64,000 nt of DNA from an uncultured Methanoregulaceae archaeon. Lineage in GTDB: Archaea > Halobacteriota > Methanomicrobia > Methanomicrobiales > Methanospirillaceae. The DNA is taken from positions 1,472,001 through 1,536,000 of the forward strand of contig OY970343.1 in NCBI GenBank assembly GCA_963717525.1, in the 5' to 3' direction. The notes under the pieces were generated by a model. The model made no database searches. It saw nothing but the letters and a program-made list of their open reading frames with translations, and had not been told where the DNA came from. Below, piece by piece: positions 34,897 to 45,613 of this stretch. How positions within the stretch are numbered: the first letter of the stretch is position 1; every line of letters starts with the position of its first letter. The translations under genes were made by a program, and so were the position numbers.

Positions 34897-35023
34897 AGCC
34901 GGGCAGGTTGCATCCAGCCGCATCATGGCATCCTGCCAGCTCCTCTCATGATCCCTGTATGTTGCCTCACTATGGGGCCGACGGCCACGGATTGTTCTGT
35001 GTGCGGAGATGATTCACTGAGGG

Positions 35024-35046
35024 AATAGTTCACTTATTTAACTATT
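35024..35046. promoter_or_regulatory. Inverted repeat AATAGTT-N9-AACTATT, candidate MarR operator
   Basis: Perfect 7-bp arms about 35 bp upstream of the MarR gene. Confidence 0.6.
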
Positions 35047-35080
35047 AAGCCACAAAACTAGTTCCGGGAGTTGACCTCAT

Positions 35081-35524
35081 ATGGCTGAAGATATACGGGA
35101 TCGTGCTGCCGATGCACTTCTTGCGCTCATCCCGCTCTACTACAAGAACGTCATCCGGCACCGGCCATCAATCAACGGTATACAGGTCGCACAGCTCCAT
35201 ACTCTCGGTGTGCTCATGAAATCCAGATCAATGCCCATGTCCGAGATCGGGAACAGGCTCTATATCTCGCGTCCCTACATGACCAGGCTTGCCAACCTGA
35301 TGATTGCCGACGGTCTGGTGGAGCGTCGGCCGGATCCCGCTGATCGCCGGGTGATCAACCTTGCGATAACGGAGAAAGGAAAAAAATATCTCCGGCAGTC
35401 GATTACCTGGTACAGGAAGGACCTCAAGGAGAACCTGTCAGGTCTCAACGATAGCGACATCGGGAAGCTGTGTACGGCACTGGAAGATGCATACCAGATC
35501 CTTTCAAAACTCCAGGTAGGGTGA
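35081..35524 (+). CDS. MarR-family transcriptional regulator
   Basis: GLVERRPDPADRR...LAITEKG. Confidence 0.92.
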   Translation: MAEDIRDRAADALLALIPLYYKNVIRHRPSINGIQVAQLHTLGVLMKSRSMPMSEIGNRLYISRPYMTRLANLMIADGLVERRPDPADRRVINLAITEKGKKYLRQSITWYRKDLKENLSGLNDSDIGKLCTALEDAYQILSKLQVG

Positions 35525-35649
35525 AGAGCGTGCATCTGTTCGGACACGAAAAAATCCACGCACCCGATACCTATGACGCTCATGAGGCCAGTACCGGATC
35601 ATCAGGAATAATATCCGTTTCTCTCCCTGTGGGACAGGACGCAGTGAAT

Positions 35650-36837
35650 ATGACGGATGGATCCGCGATCATCCGGATCGAGCACATCTCCAAGGTCTTT
35701 GCCAGCAAGACAAAGACCGTGACCGCTGTCGACGATGTCTCGTTTGAAGTGAAACGGGGGGAGATCTTCGGGCTTCTTGGGGCAAATGGTGCCGGGAAGA
35801 GCACGCTTATCAGGATCCTCACAACGCTGCTCTCCCCAACATCAGGTCAGGCATTCGTCAATAATTACGACATCACCAAAGACCCGGAGAAGATCCGGGA
35901 GATTATCGGGGTATGTGCACAGAACTACACCAGCGATTCCGAACTGACCGCATACGACAACCTTGAATTCTACGGAAAACTCGAAAATGTCCCGGACAGT
36001 ATCCTCCCGGACCGGATCTGGGAACTCCTGAAAATGGCCGGCCTCGCCGACCGCGCCTACATGCCGGTGGGCACGTTCTCGGGAGGGATGAAACGCAAGC
36101 TCGAGATCGTCCGGGCATTCATCCACCGTCCGCTCATCCTGTTCCTTGACGAACCCACCATCGGTCTCGACCCTGAGGCCCGCAGGGAGGTCTGGCAGCA
36201 GATCGCGCTGCTCAACAAGGAGCACACGACGATCATTCTCACCACCCATTACATGGACGAGGCGGAAAAGCTCTGCGGCAGGATCGCGTTTGTGGAACGT
36301 GGCAGGCTGATCGCTCTTGATACCCTGGAAAACCTTCGGAAACTGATTCCGGCGGGTGATCTTATTGAAATTGGCGTCGACCACATGGACCCCCAGGCAG
36401 AGGAGGCTGTCAGTACACTTCCCCTTATCAACGCGGTATCGGTAGTCGAGCATAAGGTAATGATCTCGGCAACAAACGGCAGCCAGGCGATTCTTTCTAT
36501 CCTTGCCGTATTCGAAAAATACCAGGTTCCCATCATCTCCATCTCCATTCGATCCCCCTCACTTGAGGACATCTTCATCTACCTGACCGGCAAGGGACTG
36601 GACAACGGCAATGGGGACGGAACTGACGCCCCCGGCCCGGCAGGAGGCGGTAGGCATGATGAGGGGGCCCCTTGCCATCTTCAAACGGGACTTCAAAAAG
36701 TTCCTGAGCAACCCGTTCATCATCATGATGACGCTCTTTATGCCCATCATGTACCTGGTTGTCTTCGGGAGCGCGATGGGGGGGACCATCAGCCACATCC
36801 CGGTCGGCGTCGTCCAGGAAGTCCCGCCATACAATGA
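35650..36837 (+). CDS. ABC exporter ATP-binding subunit (may start at GTG 35521; true stop probably near 36660)
   Basis: GANGAGKS, FSGGM, LDEPT, PSLEDIF. Confidence 0.9.
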   Translation: MTDGSAIIRIEHISKVFASKTKTVTAVDDVSFEVKRGEIFGLLGANGAGKSTLIRILTTLLSPTSGQAFVNNYDITKDPEKIREIIGVCAQNYTSDSELTAYDNLEFYGKLENVPDSILPDRIWELLKMAGLADRAYMPVGTFSGGMKRKLEIVRAFIHRPLILFLDEPTIGLDPEARREVWQQIALLNKEHTTIILTTHYMDEAEKLCGRIAFVERGRLIALDTLENLRKLIPAGDLIEIGVDHMDPQAEEAVSTLPLINAVSVVEHKVMISATNGSQAILSILAVFEKYQVPIISISIRSPSLEDIFIYLTGKGLDNGNGDGTDAPGPAGGGRHDEGAPCHLQTGLQKVPEQPVHHHDDALYAHHVPGCLRERDGGDHQPHPGRRRPGSPAIQ

Positions 36838-37753
36838 CACCCCACTCTTCACGAGTGCCGCCTACCAGCTCAACCATATCAGCCAGGGCAGCGATAATGA
36901 TGCAGAAAAACAGGTGGATGTGACTGTTTATGCAGATGAAGCCCAGGCCAAACAGGATCTGGAGAACGGCAAAATCTCAGCTGTAGTCGTCTTTCCTTCA
37001 TCCGTCACAAACGATGATGCCGTCCGGCTCTATGTCGACAGTTCGGATTCCATAACCCCCCCGCTGGTTCAGGGAGCGGTAACCCAGGTCCTGCTGGGCC
37101 TTGGGGCAACCAACCCGATCATTGTCGATAAGATCTACGGCGATATCACCTATCTCCAGTTCTTTGGCGTGGGCGTTATTATGATGGCCATCTTCACCTC
37201 CACCATGTTCGGCGGCGGGATCGCGCTTATCAAGGACCGGGAGAACGGCATCCATGAAGGATATCTGGTCACCCCGGTAAAACGATCGAGCATTGTCATG
37301 GGGATCATCTCGAGCGGAACCGTCAGGGCTTTCATTGCCGGATTTACCATATTCTGGATCGATCTGTTGATCACCGGTATGACCCTTCAGAGCATTCAGG
37401 ATTTCTTTCTCGTCCTCCTGGTCATCCTCATCGCCTGTATGGGGGTGACAAGCCTCGTCGTCTCCTTTGCATCCCGTTTCTCGTCGCAGCAGGAGTACTC
37501 ATCGGTCATCGCGTTCTTCAATCTCATGCTTTTTATGACTTCGGGGGCATTTTACCCGGTCATCGGCATGCCGGGCTGGCTGCGCTGGATTACGGTCATT
37601 AATCCGGAGTATTATGGGATCCATGCGTTGAGGAGCATCATCCTGAGGAACCAGGGGCTCAATGTGATCGGGATCGATCTCATTGCCCTGTTGATCTTCT
37701 CGTCTGTCATGATCATCCTCGGCATTGTCACCTTCCGGAGGACCCTTGAATAA
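36656..37753 (+). CDS. ABC-2 permease with extracellular domain
   Basis: TM helices; DRENG, SGAFYP, INPEYY motifs. Confidence 0.9.
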   Translation: MMRGPLAIFKRDFKKFLSNPFIIMMTLFMPIMYLVVFGSAMGGTISHIPVGVVQEVPPYNDTPLFTSAAYQLNHISQGSDNDAEKQVDVTVYADEAQAKQDLENGKISAVVVFPSSVTNDDAVRLYVDSSDSITPPLVQGAVTQVLLGLGATNPIIVDKIYGDITYLQFFGVGVIMMAIFTSTMFGGGIALIKDRENGIHEGYLVTPVKRSSIVMGIISSGTVRAFIAGFTIFWIDLLITGMTLQSIQDFFLVLLVILIACMGVTSLVVSFASRFSSQQEYSSVIAFFNLMLFMTSGAFYPVIGMPGWLRWITVINPEYYGIHALRSIILRNQGLNVIGIDLIALLIFSSVMIILGIVTFRRTLE

Positions 37754-37953
37754 GGGGGCTGCTTATGGGAAACAGGCGCCATTGGAATGACGGGGATACC
37801 CAGTCCCGCACGCCGGGAAGACGGGGACTAAACTACGGTCTGAACGAAGGGGAGAATGAGAATACGAGGTTACAGAAGCGCAGCTCAGGAGCGGGATATA
37901 TGATAAGGATTTCAACCGGTACTAAAATTCACACAACTTTTTCGAGGATCTGC

Positions 37954-39327
37954 ATGAATGAAATGAGCCGGACTCTACCATCTTCAACAAGGGATACTGC
38001 CGGGACTGGAGAAAGTTGTTATGGGCACCGCACCAACCTGCCGCGGCTCCTGTGCCTCGTTTCGATAGTTCTTGTCCTTCTTGCGATATCGCCGGCGCTG
38101 GCCGGGACGCAGATCATGGCGGGGAGTCCTGCGCTGGGAGCGCACATCGCGGGCACGAACGAGTTCTCACCCGGGGACGACGTCAACCTGCAGGTCGTCA
38201 TCGAGAACACGGGACTCAACCAGTTCATGATCGTGCAGTCAGGGATCATCAGCCCGACCGATCTCTCGAACACGGCAAAACAGCTGACCGCGACATTAAG
38301 CCCGGGGGATGCGCCGCTGGTGGTCAAGGCGGACCCGCAGATAGTGGGTGATTTACCAGCGAGCGCCAGTGCCACGGCCACGTTCCACGTCACGGTCAAC
38401 CAGTATGCGGCGGCCGGGACCTACCAGTTACCGGTGGTACTGAACTACACCTACCTGTACCAGGCCAACCAGGAAGGCAGCGAGACCCTGAACTACCAGT
38501 ACAAATCTATCAACCAGACGATCAGCATCCCGATCACGATAACCCCCGAGGTGCAAATCGCGGTTCCCGATGTGGAACCCGAGAACCTGAACGCCGGGAT
38601 CGAGGGATATGTCAATATGACTGTCGAAAACGTCGGGTCAGACGACGGCCGGAACGCGGTGATCCGTGTCCAGCAGAACGGCCAGAGCCCGATCACGCCC
38701 ACCGAAGGGAGCGTCTATATCGGAGACTTCCCGGTCGGTGCGGTGGTCAACTGCACGTTCCGGGTCATGGTGGCAAGCACGGCCCAGCAGAAGACCTACC
38801 CGCTCGACGTGCTGGTCTATTACAAGAATTACGAAGGGGACTACGTGAACTCGCCCATCGAGACCGTCGGGGTCCCGGTCGGCCAGAAGGTGGACTTCAG
38901 CGTCACGCCCGCCAGCGCCTCAATTTCGCCGGGCGCCAACGCCGTGATCACGGTCCAGTACCAGAATACCGGCGGCACGACCGCCTATAACGCCGAGGCC
39001 CGGATCAGCGCCGTCGACCCGTTCACGAGCAACGATGATACGGCGTTCCTGGGCACGATGGCACCCGGGGATACCCGGACCGCCTCGTTTGCCGTCTCGG
39101 TCGACCCGGCTGCGACGGTAAAGGAATACGGCCTGGATTCCGAGGTGCTCTACCGCGATGCGCTGGATAACCAGTTCACCTCCGACCCCCTCAAGGTCAA
39201 CGTGGACGTGGTCCCGGCACAGAGCGTCGTAACCCAGATCGGTCTCCCGGGGCTGATCGCCATCATCCTCGCCGTGCTGGCCATTGCAGGCTATGTGATC
39301 TACATCAAACGGTTCAAACCACGGTAA
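37954..39327 (+). CDS. COG1361 S-layer-domain protein
   Basis: Signal peptide, Ig-like repeats, C-terminal TM helix with basic tail. Confidence 0.82.
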   Translation: MNEMSRTLPSSTRDTAGTGESCYGHRTNLPRLLCLVSIVLVLLAISPALAGTQIMAGSPALGAHIAGTNEFSPGDDVNLQVVIENTGLNQFMIVQSGIISPTDLSNTAKQLTATLSPGDAPLVVKADPQIVGDLPASASATATFHVTVNQYAAAGTYQLPVVLNYTYLYQANQEGSETLNYQYKSINQTISIPITITPEVQIAVPDVEPENLNAGIEGYVNMTVENVGSDDGRNAVIRVQQNGQSPITPTEGSVYIGDFPVGAVVNCTFRVMVASTAQQKTYPLDVLVYYKNYEGDYVNSPIETVGVPVGQKVDFSVTPASASISPGANAVITVQYQNTGGTTAYNAEARISAVDPFTSNDDTAFLGTMAPGDTRTASFAVSVDPAATVKEYGLDSEVLYRDALDNQFTSDPLKVNVDVVPAQSVVTQIGLPGLIAIILAVLAIAGYVIYIKRFKPR

Positions 39328-39413
39328 ATAACCTTTTTTTACCCCGCCTGCGGCTGGTTTGGATAGCATGATATTTATGGAGAAATAACCCTCTAAAGCA
39401 AGAGCACCCGCGC

Positions 39414-41336
39414 ATGAATCAGACTACACGAACGGTCGCACTCATTCAGATGGAGATCGGGCCGGATCCGGACAGCAACCTCAAAACTGCGCTTGAGCGT
39501 GTTGAACATGCCGCACGGAACGGGGCACAGTTCATCTGCCTGCCCGAATTGTTCCGTACCCGGTACTTCCCGCAGCAGATAGGTGTAAACGCAGAGCCGT
39601 TTGCCGAGACTATTCCCGGTGAATCGACGCAGGCATTTGCCCGGCTCGCCCGTGACTATGCGGCGGTTATCATTGTCCCTGTCTTTGAACGGTCTCCTTC
39701 TGGACAGTTCTTCAATGCAGCAGTCGTGATCGATGCAGATGGCAGTCTCCATGCTTCCTACCATAAGGTACACATCCCCCAAGATCCGAAATTTTTTGAA
39801 AAAGGGTATTTTTATCCCGGAGATCACTATGCCGTGCATACTACCCGGTATGGGAGGATTGCCGTTCTCATCTGCTACGACCAGTGGTTCCCCGAGGCGG
39901 CACGGTGCGTTGCCCTTGACGGGGCGGAGATCATATTCTACCCAACGGCAATCGGGAATCCCTGCACGGATCCACCATCAGAGGGGGACTGGCAGGAAGC
40001 ATGGGAGCTGATCCAGCGCAGCCACGCCATCGCAAACAGCGTGCATATCGCAGCCGTCAACCGGGCAGGCCGGGAAGGAGATATCCAGTTTTTCGGGGGA
40101 TCCTTTGTCTGCGACGCGTTCGGGAAACTGCTCGCCCATGCCGGCGATACCGGGGAGACGATCACTGCCACGATCGATCTTGGGATAAACGACACGATCC
40201 GGGATTCGTGGGGATTTTTCAGGAACCGCCGCCCGGACACCTACGGTACCGTTTGTGCCCGTGTGCCCGGATACGATGCGACGGCACCGATTCCCGGGAA
40301 AGGGGATACACCGAGGAAACTGGGTTTTTTCATGCCTGCCGAGTGGGAGCAGCACGATGCGGTCTGGTTATCGTGGCCACACAACAAAAACACCTTCCCG
40401 AACCTCCCTCCTGTCGAGGATACCTACGTCAGGTTCATTGCCGGGATAGTCCCCTCAGAACGGGTTGAACTGTTCGTTCCCACGCCAGTGATAAACCGGA
40501 TGGTAAAAGCGCGCCTGAAAAGCGCCGGTATCGAACTGTCCCGGATCACGATCCGGACCATCCCCTACTCCGACGTATGGATCCGCGATTATGGTCCGAC
40601 GTTCGTGGTAAACCCGGCCCTGAAAAGATCGGCAATGGTACGCTGGGAGTTCAATGCGTGGGGCGAAAAATACGAGGACCAGATCGCTGACGGACATGTC
40701 CCCGCTGACATGAACCGGTGGCTTGACCTGCCCGTCTTCAGGCCACAAATTATTCTCGAAGGCGGGTCAATCGACACCAACGGCAGGGGTACGGTGCTGA
40801 CCACACGCTCCTGCCTTCTCAACCAGAACCGGAACCCGAATCTCACGAAGGACGAGATCGAGGAGTACCTCAGGGAATACCTCGGGGCAATAAAAATTAT
40901 CTGGCTCAACCAGGGCATCGCGGGCGATGATACCGATGGTCATATCGATGATATCGCGAGGTTTGTTGCGCCATCCACCGTTGTCTGTGCCTGTGAGGAA
41001 AATCCTGCCGATGAAAATTACGCGGCTCTCAGAGAAAATTTTGAGATCCTGAATTGTGCAACCGACCAGGAGGAAAAACCATTCACGGTGATAAAACTCC
41101 CTATGCCGGCTCCCGTTGTCATCGGTGATGAACGGTGCCCGGCAAGTTACACGAACTTCTATATCGGGAACACCGTGGTAATCGTTCCGGTCTTTGATGA
41201 CCCCCATGACGGGGAGGCCATCCGCATCATCCAGGAACTCTTCCCGGAACGGACGGTTGTTGGAATAAACGCCCGTGCGATGGTAGAAGGATCCGGGACG
41301 TTCCATTGCGCAACCCAGCAGCAGCCCCGGCCGTGA
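39414..41336 (+). CDS. Fused N-carbamoylputrescine amidase (nitrilase fold) and agmatine deiminase
   Basis: LPEL / YHKVHIP / ICYDQWFPE triad; then MPAEWE, WIRDYGP, EGGS, DTDGHID and FHCATQQQP. Confidence 0.92.
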   Translation: MNQTTRTVALIQMEIGPDPDSNLKTALERVEHAARNGAQFICLPELFRTRYFPQQIGVNAEPFAETIPGESTQAFARLARDYAAVIIVPVFERSPSGQFFNAAVVIDADGSLHASYHKVHIPQDPKFFEKGYFYPGDHYAVHTTRYGRIAVLICYDQWFPEAARCVALDGAEIIFYPTAIGNPCTDPPSEGDWQEAWELIQRSHAIANSVHIAAVNRAGREGDIQFFGGSFVCDAFGKLLAHAGDTGETITATIDLGINDTIRDSWGFFRNRRPDTYGTVCARVPGYDATAPIPGKGDTPRKLGFFMPAEWEQHDAVWLSWPHNKNTFPNLPPVEDTYVRFIAGIVPSERVELFVPTPVINRMVKARLKSAGIELSRITIRTIPYSDVWIRDYGPTFVVNPALKRSAMVRWEFNAWGEKYEDQIADGHVPADMNRWLDLPVFRPQIILEGGSIDTNGRGTVLTTRSCLLNQNRNPNLTKDEIEEYLREYLGAIKIIWLNQGIAGDDTDGHIDDIARFVAPSTVVCACEENPADENYAALRENFEILNCATDQEEKPFTVIKLPMPAPVVIGDERCPASYTNFYIGNTVVIVPVFDDPHDGEAIRIIQELFPERTVVGINARAMVEGSGTFHCATQQQPRP

Positions 41337-41432
41337 GGTCAGGTGCCGGAACATTATTCACGGTTTTTTTGTTAAGTCCCTGCGTATGGCGGCGAAGTAC
41401 TGTCCTCCTCAGCCACTGGACAGGAAAAAAAG

Positions 41433-41849
41433 TTAGTGCCGTTTTGCCAGAACAACGATGACACCGGCGACTCCGATGCCTGAAACAACGGTCACAAGGG
41501 AGACCGGGGATTTTGCCGTGGTCTCTGCTGCAGAGGGGGAGAGTGCGGGTGTACCTTGTGCCGGGGCTTCTGCACCCGCAGGAGACGCGGGAGAGGAAAC
41601 CGTGGTCGGGAGTGTGGTGATGGTTGTTCTATTCATGGAAGGGGAAGCCGTGCCAGCTGTCTCAGTAGCAACCGCTGCAGGGGTTGCAGTTACCAAAGGT
41701 GTGGAGGGAAACGTCACCATCCCCGTGACCTCCGTTGTAGTTGTAACGGGTACGGTCCGGGCCATTGCGGAGACCGGCGCCATGAAGAAACATGCTGCCA
41801 GAAGCAGGATAAACGGCAGGGCAAGTTTTACCGATAATCTCTTGGTCAT
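41433..41849 (-). CDS. Small Thr/Ala/Pro-rich surface protein with C-terminal anchor
   Basis: Signal peptide, low-complexity body, KSP + TM helix + KRH tail. Confidence 0.75.
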   Translation of the reverse strand: MTKRLSVKLALPFILLLAACFFMAPVSAMARTVPVTTTTEVTGMVTFPSTPLVTATPAAVATETAGTASPSMNRTTITTLPTTVSSPASPAGAEAPAQGTPALSPSAAETTAKSPVSLVTVVSGIGVAGVIVVLAKRH

Positions 41850-42001
41850 AGGGGACAGTTGGATTCCGGGAGATATGAGAGTTATGGATCCCGGGAAACC
41901 TGTGATGTCCGTTTAAGATAACAGTGATCCCGGCCGGAAACGCGGAGCAGGAATTATCCGGGATTGCGCGGGCATCCCCGGCCCTGAACGCAGTATAGTC
42001 T

Positions 42002-42481
42002 TCAGGCCGGTTTCTGCTGGCGCAAGGAAGCAATAACTTCCTTGATATCGGGGATGCTGTGAACAGGATAGATCTTCACGAAGGTAACCCGCTGTTCCTC
42101 ATCAATGAGAATATTAGCCCTCTCTGAGAACCCGTTTGCATCCCTGAAGATCCCGTACATCATGGCAACATGACCGTGAGGCCAGAAATCACACAGCAGG
42201 GGGGTTTGCGTGATCCCCAGATTTCCAGCCCATGCCTTCTTGCAGGGAACAGAATCGACGCTGATCCCGACCGCTATGGTGTTAAGGGATGCCAGGACAT
42301 CCCGGTTATCCTCGAGCGATTTCATCTGGCCGGCACAGAAAGGGGTCCAAGCAAGCGGGTGAAACGAGAGAAGAACCCCTTTTCCTGCATGTTCAAACAG
42401 ATCAAAGGTCGCATCGTTCTGATCTTTGAGCGAGAAATTCCGTGCCGGATCGCCGGTCCGAATAAGGGGCTGCCCTTCCAT
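42002..42481 (-). CDS. Peroxiredoxin (AhpE/BCP-like)
   Basis: PxxxTxxC (PLAWTPFC), ISVDS, DFWPHG, SERA. Confidence 0.88.
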   Translation of the reverse strand: MEGQPLIRTGDPARNFSLKDQNDATFDLFEHAGKGVLLSFHPLAWTPFCAGQMKSLEDNRDVLASLNTIAVGISVDSVPCKKAWAGNLGITQTPLLCDFWPHGHVAMMYGIFRDANGFSERANILIDEEQRVTFVKIYPVHSIPDIKEVIASLRQQKPA

Positions 42482-42568
42482 GATATCACCAGTACACTTC
42501 CGGAATGCAACCATCAGATATGAGGGTTCGCATCCCGGAAGCCTGGCCTGTAGCGACCGCTGTGTCCT

Positions 42569-43118
42569 TTATCTGGGCCGTGCGCGTCTGGAGGGCGGGG
42601 AAAGAAGAGACTTGGCCTTCCTTTTTGGGGAGTCCTCCCGCCGTACCTGTGCAAGTTCAGGCTCAAACCACGCCCCGATACACTGCCTGACCACGCCTAG
42701 ACACGCATCACTGTCCAGGAATATCGCACCGATGATGGCTTCCATCGTATCGGCAAGGATCTTCTCTTCCCCGGACTTCCAGAGATCCTTTTCCCCGCGC
42801 CCAAGCCGGATGAACCGTTTGATCTTCATGCGCCTGCCGATCTTTGCAAGGCTGATATTATCCTCAAGTTGTTCCTTTGTCCGGGTTATCGCACCCTTTT
42901 CCTGGAGCCCTTTCTCCATTAAAAACAGGATCAGGCTGGTCTTGAGCACGGCATCCCCGAGAGTACGTATAGGCTTCCTGGGTCAGGCAGATCCGGTTCT
43001 GCTGGATAAGTTCGTTTGCATAGGCAGGATGCGTTAGCGCCCGGATCAGGTGCTGCCGCTCGAAAAAATGATAGCCTATGATACGCTCTATGGCCTGAAC
43101 ATCGTCCTTTTTTTCCAT
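42569..43118 (-). CDS. RNase III nuclease-domain protein without dsRBD (frameshift near 42965)
   Basis: IGYHF...RALTHPAY, TLGDAVLK and ILADTMEAIIGAIFLD motifs. Confidence 0.82.
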
Positions 43119-43152
43119 AATCTTCACTTAAGCCGTTAGCGGATGACGACAT

Positions 43153-43189
43153 AAAGACCTCGGCCCCTTTGAAGAGGCCGGGTTTTTTT
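43153..43189. terminator. GC-rich hairpin with adjacent T-run
   Basis: cggcccct-ttga-agaggccg followed by ggttttttt, between msrB and the RNase III gene. Confidence 0.45.
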
Positions 43190-43220
43190 GAGTGGGTGGG
43201 GCAGGATCAACCCACTGATC

Positions 43221-43727
43221 CTATTTCCCGGGCGTCTGCTGGAGGACAAGAGCCGCAGAGTTCATGCAGTAGCGTTTCCCCGTGGGTGGGGGCCCGTCAT
43301 CAAAGATATGCCCGAGGTGAGCCCTGCACCGTGAGCAGAGGACTTCGGTACGGACCATCCCCTGAGTTGTGTCTTTCCTCAAGGTGACATTGAGCGGAGA
43401 AACCGGTGCAGAGAAACTTGGCCAGCCGGTACCAGAGTCGAACTTTGCCTCTGAAAAGAAAAGGGCGGTCCCGCAGCAGGCGCAACGATAGATACCGTTG
43501 GCTTTGCAGTCATGGTACTGGCCGGTGAACGGATACTCGGTCTCCTGCTTTCGTGCCACGGCAAACTGCCGGGGGGTCAGCTGTGCCTGCCACTCTGCAT
43601 CGGACTTTTCGATCGATGCGACATATTCCACATCGTTCTTTTCCGGGTCAAAGATCGGAATGGTACTGCTTATGTTCCTTCCTTCTGAAATGCTCTTCTT
43701 CATTTTCAGGAATACTGCCTCCTTCAC
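43221..43727 (-). CDS. msrB: Peptide-methionine (R)-S-oxide reductase
   Basis: [27 protein letters not shown]. Confidence 0.95.
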   Translation of the reverse strand: MKEAVFLKMKKSISEGRNISSTIPIFDPEKNDVEYVASIEKSDAEWQAQLTPRQFAVARKQETEYPFTGQYHDCKANGIYRCACCGTALFFSEAKFDSGTGWPSFSAPVSPLNVTLRKDTTQGMVRTEVLCSRCRAHLGHIFDDGPPPTGKRYCMNSAALVLQQTPGK

Positions 43728-43778
43728 ATTCTCATCGGTACCTGGGATAATATAGACTTTCTGCCGGTCGCCATTGCG

Positions 43779-43976
43779 TTACATACCAAAGAAACCCAAG
43801 ATACGGCGTTTTGGATCCTTGTAGAAGATCCTCACTCCGTCTTTGATGTTCCGGACGTCCTCAATGGTGTAGAGGAGGTCCGGATACTCCCGGGAGATGA
43901 GGGAGAGCAGCCGGTGTTCTCTGGTTGACCGTGTATAAACCGCATAGAGCTCTATGCAAATCCGGCCTGTTACCAC
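43779..43976 (-). pseudogene. Short ORF, possibly a C-terminal remnant of a larger gene
   Basis: Protein-like 'YTIEDVRNIKDGVRIFYKDP' with no convincing start. Confidence 0.3.
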
Positions 43977-44125
43977 AGCCGGGGTAAACCAAGATCCGTT
44001 GAAGTCGCTGTAAAAAACGGGTTAAATGATCCACAAATCAATTAGGAGCTCATTCGGACTGGAAGGAAACACTTTCACCATCCACGGCCGGGGCTTATCA
44101 GGGATCCCTTCAGAAAATTACGAGG

Positions 44126-44488
44126 ATGAGAAAAGGTGTGCACCTCGTAATAGGGATAATAGCGTTTTTTACATACGCATACCTGATCAACGATATCCAT
44201 GCAATTTCCACGGGTTTTTTTGTTCTCGGACTTTTCGCAGTTGTTGCCGGTTCAGCCATGCCGGATGTCCTGGAGGCACCCACCAGCTCAAGACACCGGG
44301 GGATCTTTCACAGCAGGCGGGCACTGAAATGTTCTGTGATCATATTCGGACTTACAGCGGCAATCGGTCTGTTATCATCACTGCCTTCATTGAGCACAGC
44401 CATCAGCTTTGGACTTTCCTGTTTTTTCCTCGGGTATTTCTTCCATCTCCTGGCAGACTCCACGACAAGAAGGGAACTCCCGGAATAA
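44126..44488 (+). CDS. YdjM-like membrane metal-dependent hydrolase
   Basis: H, GSAMPD, HRGIFHS and HLLAD motifs. Confidence 0.82.
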   Translation: MRKGVHLVIGIIAFFTYAYLINDIHAISTGFFVLGLFAVVAGSAMPDVLEAPTSSRHRGIFHSRRALKCSVIIFGLTAAIGLLSSLPSLSTAISFGLSCFFLGYFFHLLADSTTRRELPE

Positions 44489-44643
44489 AACGAAGGAATG
44501 GCAGTTCTACCAGATGAGTATGATAGTGCCGGACAGAACAAAACCTGCTAAAATTCTGTTGAGATCGCAGGGTATGAGATAAGGGCCGGTGGCAGCCTCC
44601 CGAAGATCAGGGTAGACCGGCTTTCGTAAAGAGACAGGTGGAT

Positions 44644-45613
44644 CTATCCTTTTTTACCCAGAACCCGGATGATCGCATCGCCGAACTCCCGGGTCCCGGC
44701 CGATCCCCCGATGTCCCGGGTCCGGATACCGGACGAAAGAACCGTGGTGATGGCAGCCTCTAACCGGGCAGAACCTTCATTGTCCCCAAGGTAGGCGAGG
44801 AGCATCGCTGCGCTCCGCAGGGCTGCAACGGGATTTGCACTGTTTTTCCCGGCAATATCCGGGGCGCTGCCGTGGACCGGCTCAAACAAGGCATACCGGT
44901 CCCCGATATTTGCGCTCGGCACAAGACCCAAGCCCCCGACAAGGTAGGAGGAGACATCAGAGAGGATATCGCCAAAGATGTTCGTGGTCACGATCACATC
45001 GTATGCCCCGGGATGCTGGAGGATATCGAGACTGAGGGCGTCGATGAACTTGTCATTGTACAGTTACTCCGGCCTTTTTTGCCTCCTCAATACAGATATC
45101 CCGGAAGAAAACGTCGGATTTGAGCACATTTGCCTTGTGCCCGATGGTGAGTTTTCCCTGCCGCTGACGGGCACACCGGATCGCCGCCCGCGCAATTCGT
45201 TCGGTTCCTTTCCGGGTCACCACCCGGAGCGTGGTCGCACGATCAGGACCAATCTCCTCGATTCCTGAGTACAGCCCTTCGGTATTCTCCCTGACGATCA
45301 TCAGGTCAAAGCCGTCACCCCGGACCGGTCGCAGGTTTGCGAACAGGTCAAGCGCTTTCCTGATCCTCAGGACAATACTCTGGTAATCTTTCATCGGCGG
45401 AGTCGTGACCGCCCCGAAGAGGACGGCATCCGCCGTTTTGAGTTCGGAGATGTCGCCATCTGCACAGGGGCATCCGGTCTGCTCCCAGCGCCCGTACCCG
45501 ACCTCGACCGGGAAATATTCGTACTCGGGATGGAGCAGTTCGAGAGCCTGCTGCGCAACCGGGATCACCTCGTGGCCGATCCCGTCGCCTTCGACAATGG
45601 CGATCCGCGTCAT
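44644..45613 (-). CDS. aksF: Homoisocitrate / isopropylmalate dehydrogenase family (frameshift near 45060)
   Basis: GDGIGHEV, RENTEGLY, HKANV, NIFGDILSD, EPVHGSAPDIAG; operon context favours aksF over leuB. Confidence 0.8.
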
